Source of the DNA: Callorhinchus milii
Lineage: Eukaryota
Assembly (NCBI RefSeq): GCF_018977255.1
Contig: NW_024704743.1
Coordinates: 63,738,001 to 63,802,000 of the forward strand
Length of the DNA: 64,000 nt
Direction of reading: 5' to 3'
Part shown: piece after piece, positions 1 through 12,900 of the stretch
Layout of the letters: each line of letters begins with the position of its first letter
How positions within the stretch are numbered: position 1 is the stretch's first letter
Translations under genes and position numbers: made by a program
Notes under the pieces: model-generated
Seen by the model: only the letters and a program-made list of their open reading frames with translations
Databases searched by the model: none
What the model was told of the DNA's origin: nothing

Positions 1-788
1 TGTTATGATGTGCATAATGAAAGAGATGCACTGTAATCACAAGGAATTATTTTCTTGATTAGCCTGTTTAAAACTGCTTAGCCACAATTTCCATGAAGAT
101 GGCCAATAATAGTACGGTCAGCAAACTCAGAACAATTTGCAGAAGGTAGGTGAAATCATTAGCTTTATACTGAATGCAATTTCACTCTAGTTACAATGGG
201 CTAAAGACAAATACTGAACCTGGTTTTAATGTATTGTCCTAACTGCTAATAATAGCCCTGTTTGTGAGGTGGAATCCTACACAATATGAAATAATACAGA
301 ACACATTTCCAACAGTGCCTTGAGATATCCTTCCCACATGAATCACGCTAAATAAATACAATTTGCTGTTATTTTCAACAAAACTATTTTAAAAATATGT
401 ATTTATAAAGTATTTTTAATTAATATTTAGTGATCCAACTGACTCCATTATATGATTACAAATCAAAGTAATGTAAAATGTAAATCTGTACCATGGTCTG
501 ACAGTCTAATACAATATTTAAATTAAATTTGTATGAATAAACTTTTAAAAAGTTCAAGCTTCATTTTCTTTAGAATGAAATACTTGATTTAGAATGAATC
601 ATTATTTCTTAGCAGCTCTCATAGAATAGGTAGAATACTAATGACTTACAACTCAGTAAAGAACTCTGAGTTATCCTGAAAGTCCTTCACTTTGATTATT
701 GTCTCATCAGAATAACATTGTTATTTTATGTGATCAATAAAGTCCCAAAAAGGAGCAATATTTCTTAATAGAAACAGAATACACTTAC

Positions 789-935
789 GCGCCCTCGTTC
801 TGTCAGTGTTGTTAACATTACAACAAGAGAAGATTGCTGATTCCAGATTGTCTGCCAAAAATATGGGCAGGTATGAGGAAGTGGACCTTGGCATGCTATG
901 TACCTATTTAGAATACTTGTACCAGAGACTTCCAT
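789..935 (-). CDS. PTPN3: PTPN3 exon, PTP domain ([19 protein letters not shown]...TERGR), 147 nt
   Basis: ttgcag acceptor, gtaagt donor, phase 0-0. Confidence 0.95.
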
Positions 936-3900
936 CTGCAAAGATAAAAACATTTTTTTTACATAGAAATATGTACTAGTACTCTATACTCTTCATTACA
1001 CAAAATTGAAATAATGTTAACTGATAATTTTTAATTTGGACAAAACAAAATGAATAATTATTAGATCAAAAAAGCTTCAAAACCTACATTTACATAATTT
1101 GCATTGATGTAATCTTCTGATCCATCTAGGACGACTCTTGTTACATCATCTTTATAAAAGAAAATAAATTACAGGCAATATTTCCAAAGAACAAAACAGT
1201 TGTCACTTCTCGTTTTCTTTGACAAAGTTTAATACATTTCAATATTAGTTTGGAGGGATTGTTTTAGATTAAAATAAATTACATAGATTAACTTTTACAA
1301 CAAGATGGAATTAGTGGTAAATATGTCAATACACAGATATAGAGCACTTACATGGCAATACATCTTTATAACGGTTTTTGTCCATGTTTTGTGGTAACTT
1401 TGCACAGGTAATTGCCATTCCAGGTTTTTTCCTGTATAGTTGCTACAAAATTAAATAAAGGGTTAGCATTTAAATTAGCCCAGGAATCGTTTCTCCAGCA
1501 AGTTAAAATCTTAAATATAAAAAAAACACACTTTATATATTTAATCTTATCATACCAATGAACACCAAGGTAGCAGATGGTGACTAGGGGATCCAAAAGA
1601 GAATTTAGGAGGAACTACTTCATGCAGATGGTAATGAGATTGTGAAACTCACTGCCTGAAGCGGCTGGTTGAATCAGATATCGTAGATGCATTCAAGAGG
1701 AAGCTAGACCTTCACATGAGGGAGAGGAGAATAGAAGGAAATGGGAGGGAGTAAGGAATGAGTTAAGACTCGAGTGGAGTATAAACACTGGCAAGGACTG
1801 GTTGGACTGAGTGGCCCGTTTCCATGCTGTAAATTCTCTGTACATCCAAATGCAGGGAAAGATTTGATCACGTTGCCCCTAACAGAACTTTATGAATTCT
1901 AGAACCACATTACGTTTCCTACACCTGGTGTGTATAACCACACCTTAGTTCTTTGTCTCCCACTGTCAGGAATTTTTTTTGACCTTTTTAAAAAAATCTG
2001 AATGTTGGTGGCCATGACACTGTAAGAAACTCCTTTCTTGTTTCAAATGGTTCCATGGGATAAAAATCTTCCTCATTTTAGCTAATATATTGTTATCTTA
2101 GTGTTGAGTTAATATTGTAATCCCAATCATTATTCTGTTCAAATTGTACTAACTCACACATTGAAATATTAAACTTTATTGTCTGTAGTCTTGCCCAGAC
2201 ACTCATCTACCTGCATCTTTGCATTTTTCCTCTTCTCTTCACAATTTACAACATCTCCTAGTTTAGTGTTGGGTAATTAATATATAGAGTGAAAAGCTGG
2301 AGACCCATATAGTCTCATACCCACTATTATCCCAAGTGAATTTACTATGCTGCATGACTCTCTCCACCTCTATCATATTGTTTCTGAATTGAAGAACCCA
2401 AATTAATGCAAGATTCCAACTGTGACCTAACCTACGACCTATAACAAATCTAATAGAATTTTTCAATGAGGTAACGGAGAGGGTGGACAAAGGTAGTGCA
2501 GTTGATGTAGTTTATATGGACTTTCAAAAGGCATTTGACAAAGTGCCACATGAAAGACTTGTAAGAAAGATAGAAGCCCATGGTATAAAAGGGACAGTGG
2601 CAGCATGGATCCAGAACTGGCTGGGAGACAGAAAGCAGAGAGTTGTGGTGAACGGCTGCTTTTCTGACGGGAGGGAAGTGTACAGTGGCGTCCCCCAGGG
2701 ATCGGTATTAAGACCACTACTCTTCTTAATATACATAAATGATCTGGACTTGGGTATAGCAAGCACCATTTCCAAGTTTGCGGATGACACAAAGTTAGGT
2801 AGGGTGGTAAACAGTGAGAAGGATAGGAGCCAACTGCAGGAAGACATAGACAAAATGGGCAGACACATGGCGGATGAGTTTCAATGTGGAGAAATGCGAA
2901 GTAATGCATATTGGTAGAAAGAATGAGGGGAGGCAATATAGGTTAGGTAATACAATCTTAAAGGGGGTAAAAGAACAGAGTGACTTCGGGGTGCAGGTAA
3001 ATGAATCCTTGAAGGTGGCAGGACAGGAAGATAAAGCTGTAAAAAGGGCATATGGGATACTAGGCTTTATAAATAGGGGCATAGAGTACAAGAGTCAGGA
3101 GGTTATGATTAACCTATATAAAACACTGGTTAGGCCTCAGTTAGAATACTGCGCCCAGTTCTGGGCACCACACTATAGGAAGGATGTTAAGGCATTGGAA
3201 AGGGCGCAGAGGAGATTTACAAGGATGGTACCAGGAATGAGGGACCTTGATTATGAGGAAAGGCTGGAGAGGTTGGGATTATTCTCACTGGAGCAGAGAA
3301 GGTTACGAGGAGACCTAATAGAGGTCTTCAAAATCATGAGGGGACTTGATAGGTTAGAAAGGGAAAAAACGTTTCCACTGGTAGGTGTGTCGGTGACTTG
3401 AGGTCACAGATTCAAAATAGTATCTGAAAGAAGCAGAGGGGAGGTGAGAAGACATTTTTTCACGCAACGAGTTGTTCGAATCTGGAACGCATTGCCTGAA
3501 AGGGTGGTCGAGGCCGATTCAATACCAACTTTTAAAAACGGGGTGGACGGGTATTTGAGGAGGACGGGTTTGCAGGGTTATGGGGAAAGGGCTGGGGAGT
3601 AGGATTGACATTAATTGCTCTATTCAAAGAGCCGGCACAGACTCGATGGGCCGAATGGCCTCTTTTTGTGCTGTACAATTCTATGATTCTATAATTATAT
3701 TCCAATATAATTTCCCCATTTTTATATTCAATATCCTAGTTTGAAAATCCTAATATAATATTCTGAAAGGGTTACTCAGTGAACCCTTCAATTTTGTTCT
3801 TTTGACATCTGGGGATAATAATCCTTAAAAAAAAAGAATTTAGTCACTCAATCAACGACTGTTTGTGGGACACTGCTGTGGCGATTGGCTGCTGCATTTC

Positions 3901-6900
3901 GTCCACAAATATACAGTCAATTCACTTTACAGTACATTACGTGAAAAGTGCTATATCAAATGCAATGATTATTATTATTCATCTGCAAAAACCTTCCTAC
4001 ATGTTATCAGTCCTTTAACTGTAAAAACAGAAATAGTCGATTTAAATATCATACATTATGCTGGCTGAGGTTACTTTGTAAGAAGTTTACTTATCAGTAT
4101 ACTGAATACACACAGGAATATATATGAAATGTATCTATAGTTCCCATTTAACTGAGGCCACAGTTTGCTACATTGAATCTGTGATACATTCCTATTACTA
4201 CACAAGTCAATATTACAATTCGTATTTCTTAATCAATCATCCAAAAATAAGTTACTGACGTAACATGATACATCTCAGCTGAAATATAAATTGTTTGATG
4301 TCTCCTTAAATACTAAAGTGTTGAATCTCATTTGCAACTTAAGTAACAGATGAATGTTTACATATTTACTGATCACTTTAAAATAGCAATATTCAATAGA
4401 GGTCTGATATTGTTATTCTAAGCCAAGAGTACAACTTGAATTTAAATAGACAGAGGTATATATTCAGAAAACATAATAGTCTATAATCTATGAAACAATA
4501 AGGATGAATTCATTAATACTGTAACTCTTCACTAAAATTAACTTCAACTGAAATCTCAACAACAATAACTTGCTTTTATATAGCCCCCTACATGCGGGGT
4601 CGCATCTTGGAGTGTGAAATTGCAAATATCTCATTGAAAGCACTGTGGTTATTTAATAACTTAAAGAATTTATACAAGCAAATTTATTCTCAAGATTAAA
4701 TACTGACAATCACTCCACCGAACAAGCATGATTACATTTTGATTTGTACATTCCAGAAACACTCACATATGAATAATATCCACAATTGTAAAATGAAAAT
4801 GGTCACTTACTAGGTTGTTACTTCAGTGAAGACAAATATTACATTTATTGAAGTAAAATACTTTAGGTGCAACAGAGAATGAAGTAACTTACATCAAACT
4901 GGTTAAGTATAGCTCCACTTTCCAGTCCTTTTCTAAGTTGGATCATGGATTCCTCCAATGAATCACCATATTCAGGATATGAGACACGCTTTGAATTATT
5001 CGGAAAATACTGGAGATCTGTCTCATCTTTCATCTTGTCCTCCATATGATTATGCGTAACTAAAAATTATAAGAGATTTAATTTTAATGTATTCTAGTAA
5101 ACTGCTTCAGTGACTTACAATTCAGTTTTGAGAAGTGTGATGGTTGAATGGCAGAAAGTAAAAATAAGGGTAAAAAGAGGTCAGATGAAGTGAATGGGGT
5201 TGGGGTTCAATAATATATTATATATGTTGTTAGACAACAGGTCAAGTTCAATGTTTAAAAAACGTGAAGTAGTACATTTTGGAAGCAAGATAGGGAAAGG
5301 AAACATTACTTAAGTGGTACAGATGAGCTTAGGGAACTTAACATGTGGAAACACAGTCCATTAAATATGGCTTTATAGGTAGATATGGCCATAAAAAGCA
5401 AATTAAATCCTTGCTTTATTCCTATAAGAAAACAATACAAAAGCACAGAGGTAATGTTGAACTTGTACCAGATGGCAGTGAGGCCACAGTTGGGAGTATT
5501 GGAGCTAAGTGAAGGACAAGCACTTTCCCATGGATTAAATAGGGAACTGGGTGGGCCTCTGATTCCATACATTTATGTCTGTTTCACAGCATCAGTGGTG
5601 GAGCTTGAGAAAAGTTCATCAATTCTTGCTCTAAAGCTAGAGAATAAACAAACTAGGGAAAAGATAGGTGCATACTAAAAAAATGTTTTTAAGAATGGGA
5701 AGGTGTAGATTGGCACTCAAATTCACCATTAATGCACCTTGGTCTACTGCATTAAACGTCCCTGCATTGGCCAATCCAGTCCGGTTTACATAGCAACGAG
5801 ACTGCCCCAGTCAAAGTTACAAACAACATTCTCTCCATCTGTAACCAGGGTTTGCTCTGCCTCCTTGATCTCTCCCGATATCTCCTGTTTGGCTCCCATC
5901 AGTGCCTTCTCACCTAAGGGCCTGACAGCATTAGTCTACATGGATGCTCACTCCACAGAGCCAGGGCAGAATCTCAGGATCTTGTATGACACCCACATTC
6001 AAACATTGTCTTTCAGCTTTCCCTCACTAACTCTCACCACTGGCTGCCGAGACTCTCATTCAAGCTTTCCTCATGTCCGGATTCCCCAGTACATCCCTAC
6101 ACAAGCTGCAGACTATCCTGAACTCTGCTCTCCTGCATCAGGCTCCACGAGCCTATCAAGATGCTTGTTGTCACTTAAATCCCTCTACAGCCTCATCCCA
6201 TCCCACCTCTGGAATCTACTACAACCCAACTTACCATTCCCTTCACTCAGGAAACACTGGCTTGCTTTATCTCTCCTGCCCATCTGCCCCACCATCAACG
6301 TGTGAGCTTTCAGCTATTCTAACCCCGCTCTCTGGAACTCCATCTTGGATTTCCTTCGATTTACTCCTCCCTACGTTCAAAGCCCGCCTTAAACATACCT
6401 CTTTGAATGTACTTTTTTATCATCTTTCCCTTCCCAATCCTCTTTTAGCTCCCAAGCACCACCCACCCACCCACCCACCGGGTGCCCAGCCAACAATTTC
6501 AAACATTTTGAGACATACTTTTGACATGAAAGGTGCTAAATAAATGTAAAATGTATTGTAAAATAAAAAGGAATCTAGCATTGTATGTGGTGCCTTATGC
6601 CTACAAAATGCATCTTAGGACATAAACTGCATTCCTACAGTATATAATAAATAATAATCCTTGCATTTGATATAGCGCTTTTCACGTGTTCTAGACGTCT
6701 CAAAGCGCTTCACAGAATATACTGTAAAGTGAATTGACTGTATATTCGTGGGCGAAACGCAGCAGCCAACTGCGCACAGCAGTGTCCCACAAACAGTCGT
6801 GGATTGAAGTGACCAATTTTTTTTTGAGGGATTATCATCAGGCTTGTGGAGTAAGGAAACTTGACCAAGGTTTTGCCTTGCCTGGAATTGAACTTAGATC

Positions 6901-9900
6901 TCTTGCTGAGCTGCAGGACTCCGCAATTGGCTGCTGCGTTTTGCCCATAAATATACAGTCAATTCACTTTACAATATAATCTGTGAAGCGCTTTGAGTCG
7001 TCTAGAAGACGTGAAAAGCGCTATATCAAATGCAAGGATTATTATTATTTATATCAAGCTGAGTCACAAAAACTCAACTCCAATTTGAAGTCACCTCAGA
7101 TACAAGTCAGTGCGATGCACATGAGATTTGCTGCAAGAGATACACTTTACACCCCAAGTGCTTTTTCTTGCTAGAGGTGGTGGTTATCCTGGAGTTGTCC
7201 CATTCAAGTGCTTTATCGAATGTTTTTTCTTAAAAAAGTTACATTAGACATGATATTCCACTTACTATATTTCTCCACTTGCTAATAACAGTTACCTTTT
7301 CGTCTGACCAGCAGTAAAAGTTCTCTGGAGTGTGATTCTCGGCTTGCTTTTATGAACATAACAACCTGGTCGTGAGTATGTTCTGATATGTCTCTGCCAT
7401 TAATCAAAAGTATCTGATCTCCTTCAATCAATTTGGGTGTACAAGTATCAGCCTAAAAGGTAAAAGAAAACAATAGGCACAGAATATTTAAATAAATACA
7501 TATTTCTTAAAATAAGATTGGGAACGCAATTTCATCCAGGATTTTAACTTGGTTATTTCATAATTTTCACTGTATAATGCAGCTGAAATTACGAGAAAAG
7601 CAGTCTCCTATTTTAAGTCTTCTTTCAGCAATAGTACGTGTCCTTTGCTATAAATACATTTAAGCATATTAAAAGTAGCACCATTTTCATGGTCCAATAT
7701 TAATTACTAATCTGGTCTTATTATGGTAATAACATGAATTGATGCACAAATTTGCTAATTAAAGCTGGACAGAATTTTGTCTCTTTCTCAAAACTTTGTA
7801 TGAAAACTAAAGATGTACTCAAAATTTAACCAAAACCAACAAAAGATTTGTGAGACACTTAAATTGTTCATTGGTTTTATATTTGTGAAGTTCACCTAGC
7901 ACTTACTACTAATTTTTATTTTATTTTTACGTAGATAATTTAATTCCTCACTGCTGCAGATGTAGAAACACATTTTTATATTATCAAAGATTTTCCTGAT
8001 CACCAAACACTGCTTCGACAAATATTGTTCTTGGATTTAACAAGCGCAGCTACGACATTATTTTTGCAAACTGACACCCACAAGTAGGACTGAAGGATCG
8101 GTTTGCAATCTTCTCATGACTGTCTATTTCTGAAGTTTTTTTTTTTACAGACACACTTGTGCAGGTACACATTATGCCTCAAGACCTTAAGAATGTAATC
8201 ATTGAAATCTGTTGATTAATTCCAAAATCTAAATGTAAGAAATCTCAATACATTAAATTTCATTTGTCCGTGGAAATTTCCAACAGTGTATAGATGCTAT
8301 ATGGCAGAAAACAAATGTACATGTTGGAGTCAATATATCAATATATTCAATATTTAGCACGTTGAATGTTTATGTCATGAACTGCTCCCACCCATGCCGG
8401 TCTCAATGTTGTTGTCCATCAGCCCAGGCATTTAGCATTAGTACCAAAATCTGGCTTGCAGTTAGCAGGTTAATGGCAGTTGAAAAGCTGTGATGTGTGA
8501 GGTGAATGTCAAATGCTGTTAGGATCGTTTCATAGACATCAGCATTGAGAATAGTTTAAGGGTGTTGCAAAAGAACTTGGGAGAAAACCGACTTCAAAAT
8601 TAAGGCTGTATTTAAGAATTTGCCAAATTTCAGGCTCTCTGAAATGGTATGACTAGAGCAAATTTAGACCCAGATGAAATTTTACTCCTTGGATCTTTAG
8701 CTAATGCAAAATTAGTTCAGAAACCACACAAATAAATTGTATGTTTGGATCATTACAAACAAAACAAAGAATAGTTTTACTCACAGGTGATCCTAGACTT
8801 ACTCTTGAAACAATGAGTGGCATTTTCTGATCAACTCCACCCTGAAAGTAAAAGAGGGGATGAGAAGTGATGGAGTGGGTCCAAGAAGCTTGCAGTTGGT
8901 GTAAAAGTAATAGTTAATCCTAGATCACTCTTGAGATTGGGCTGTATGAAAATGCACAGATGGAGAAACTTCTAGGACGAACAAACATTATGTGAGCTTT
9001 AATGCTTTATTTTAGTGTAGCATTTCACTAATAGCAACCGATACAATTACTTGCAGACTGTATAATATAAAATGTAATTGCACAATGTAATAAGTTAAAT
9101 TGAATGTATGCCTCTGTTTTGTGTTACAAAGAGGGATTATGTACAATTGCATTGCAGTACATTTACTCGTGGGAGAAAATGTGCGTAGTACAATTTAATT
9201 TACAGATTGAGCAAGGAGAGATTTGTTTCATATATAATACCTTTAAATTGAAACCAAACTTTCCTTCTTCATCAGGTGTCATCCGTATCAAAATTATGCA
9301 AGCATCATCAAGATCTACATCATTCTGGGAAAATATGAGCAAACAAAAATTACAATGTAATATAAGGAATGAATTCAATATAGGTGTGAGCAAATTGGAG
9401 AGATAGGGAGGTGCCTGGGAATTAAATGATTTGTAAACAAGTGTGAGGATCTTGAAATCAATCCATTCTGTAACAGGGAGCCAGAGGACTGTGGCTCCCT
9501 GTTACACGTGCACATGAAAAGCCTGTGGTAATGGCGGCACGGAGTTTGGTGCGGGTGAGGATACAGGTGGCGGAATTTTGAATTAGTGTCAACGGCCCCA
9601 AAAAATCTCACCTAAACCAATGCATCTCGACCACTATCATCAATAACTTGCTATTCTGATACATTATAATCTCATTCTACACTGATAATGTAATTGAATA
9701 CTTTCCCCAAACCAAATGCAGTCATTTCCTGATCTTCACCAAGAGATGATGCAGGAAGCAAATCAGCAAAGACAATTTGGCAATAAGTCAATTGGTAATG
9801 TCCAAAAGTGCTTCAGGCAGTGGTTATAAATAAAGCCTTCAGTCATCAGAAGGAAAACAAATTCAGATAAAAATAAAATAATATGGAGTGAATTTTCTGC

Positions 9901-12900
9901 ATAGCTGATATAATTCCTAGTCACCAAATTATAATAATAATAATCCTTGCATTTGATATAGCGCTTTTCACGTCTTCTAGAGTCTCAAAGTGCTTCACAG
10001 TATAGACTGTAAAGTGAATTGACTGTTCAGTTGTGGGTGAAATGCAGCTGCCAATTGCGCACAGCAGTGTCCCACAAACAGTCGTGGATTGAAATGATCA
10101 TTTTATTATTGTTTTCTTTTCTTGAGGGATTATTATCAGGTGTGTGGAGTAAGGAAACTTGCCCAAGGTTTCATCCTGCTTAATCCTGATGGGTTAGTTG
10201 AATGACCTAATAATATAATATACTCCTCCTATTTGGTAACCTTTATGCTTTTTGCCTTGATTACAAAAGCCGTACAATTTAGAAGTGATAGTTTTATACG
10301 GTGTGAAAATATCCTGATATCCACAGGTCTTAAAAGGACTATGTTCTTTGTAATTTCTATCGTATCAGCCTGGACATCATTTCTAGAATGAAGAAGGAAC
10401 ATTCTAAATTTTAAGAGAAATTTATTCTTTTCCTTCTAATTTTTATGTGTAGAAACTAATGTAAACTTCGTTTTTAAAATGAAAATTGTAATGGTTTCAC
10501 AAACCTTGTCATAGTAGTATTGGTAGGGCTCAGTTTCACCTGAATTTGTTGTTGGTGCCATAATGTCATAAGTCTTCAAGAACTGAGAATCAACACCCTC
10601 CAGTGGATGAGACACATCTTCACTCTGTACATTGATCCTCACATCATCGAATGAATGAGTCAGTGACCGCCGACGTTGCCTTTGGACACACTGAGAGAAC
10701 TGTCCTTGCATTTCACCCGCTGCAATGTTCCTGCAAACATTATAATAAATGTCATTTAAGATTTTAGAGGACAGAAGTGCCATGTTTATATTACAATCAA
10801 ATAAACGACCCTAAGGCTTACAAAGGTTTCAATTCCTGTAGACGAACATTGAAAGATTAATGTCAGTTAACATGTTTTTTTGCGCAGGTTCAGTTGTGCA
10901 GAGATATCCCAGGGGGAAGTACACACCCGACTAAAGAACATCCAGCAAGTGGGAATGGTTGCAGCTAATCACAGCTTGGCAGGGTAGTTAGGGAGTTTAA
11001 CAAGCTGGATGCACCACCACATCCAAAAATATGATTTCTGAAGTTCAAGGTGGTGGCTTTTGAAAAGTTGGTTTTCACTCAAGTAACATTTTTTAATATT
11101 CATGTTTGAAACAACAAAATTACATTTGTATAGCGCCTTTCCTTTGGCTGGAGGACATCCCAAGAAAAGGAACCAACAAGATTCCCCTAGATTGTCAAGG
11201 TCTAGCAAATGTGAACATTTGTCCATAGAGCAATAATTAACATTCTCTTGAATGCACAAATGCTATCAGATTTAGAAATGCTTCCTTGTCAATCCTTCTC
11301 CATGTCTACTCCTTCGGTAATCACCCTCAAGGACATCACAGTGAATACAGTGGGAGATGAATCTTTGAGAAAAATGATTTCAGAGGAAGATCTGATAAGA
11401 GCAACTTTTGACTAAGGCAGATACACTTTTGATTACAAAGAATGTACAGAACAGAAACAGGCCACTCGGCCCAACCAGTCCATACCGATGTTTATACTCC
11501 ACACGAGTCTTCGCTCATTCTTTACTCCCTCCCATTCCCTTCTATTCTGTGAAGGTCGAGCTTCCTCTTGAATGCATCTATACCATCTGACTCAAACACC
11601 ACTTCAGGCAGTGAGTTCCATTACCCTCTGCATGAAGTAGTTTCTCCTAAATTCCCTTTCATATCCCCTAGTTGCTACCTTATATTTGTGTCCCCTGATT
11701 CCCGAGTCCCCAACCACTGGGAACAGTCTATTTATGTCAACCGTATCAAATTCTTTTATAATTTTAAATATTTCTAATAGGTCCTCCCTTAAACATCTAT
11801 TCTCTACAGAAAAAAGGCCCAACCTATCCAGTCTCTCCTGATAGCAATAACCTGCCGGCCTTGGTATCATTCTCGTAAATCTACACTGTACTCTTGTCAT
11901 CGCTGATATATCTTTCTTATAGTGTGGAGACCAGAAATGGACACAATACTTCAAATACGGTCCCACAAAGATTTTGTATAATTTAGCATTATATGCTCTC
12001 CCTCTGGTCAAAGCAGAAATAGCTGAAGACTGTCTTAGTTAAACGAAGATTTTCCCCAATGTATCTGCTGTCATTGTGGTTAAATCCTTATACAGCAGCC
12101 AGTGGCAGGCTTGTGCCAAACTTTACAGCCATAAATTAACAGTGATCTTAAACCACTGGAATGGAATTAACAGAGTGGTGCAATACTGCTCTGTTAATGA
12201 TGGTCATTTAAGATTTTTGCTTTGATAACACAAAGTTGGAAAAACGGTCTTCAGAATTTTGTTCGGATTTTAGCATGGATTGAGGTATTTTACTCTCTTA
12301 AATTCAGGCAATAGCTCTACAAATATTTGACTGGAATTCTCCCCAATTTATAAGGAAACCATTCTCAAATGACTGATTTAATTTATTACTTTAATATTTA
12401 AATATAGTAAATATATCTTTTCACCCACAAGAGACACAGGCATTCACTTTACAGTATATCCTGTGAAGCGCTTTGAGACGTCTCGAAGACGTGATAAGTC
12501 GCTATATCAAATGCAAGGAATATTATTATTAAATGTCAGTAAAAATATTTTTGAATGTGTACAGAATTTCAACTTACTGTGGTGAATGATGGTCCTCTGA
12601 CCTGCAAAGAAAACAAATCAAAAGTTATTTCAGCACAAAATTTAATACAGGTACTTACCCCACTTGATTGCTTACAGCTTTATATGCTAGGCGATAGTAG
12701 CTGGGTTTTCCATTAATATTTACATTAAACAAAAGTATTATTCCTGACAATATTCAAGAAAAATGTTCTCTTTGACTTTAGAAAATACAAATCTTAATCA
12801 TATAGAATGTTACGGCACGGAAACTAGCCATTTAGCCAAATAGTCCAAGCCAACTTTTATACATGAGCCGCCACCCCTCCTAATCCCCTCTCCTATATCT

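Noticed and set aside
1..788. Next PTPN3 exon (KCHQYWP-type motif)
   Set aside because: Not found; it must lie outside the window
2463..3091. Antisense ORFs over CR1 and L2 copies
   Set aside because: Shadows of retroelement ORF2 on the opposite strand
12657..12720. Extra exon ending at G|GTAAGT (12659)
   Set aside because: Would leave only a 57-nt intron before the microexon acceptor; no convincing acceptor upstream
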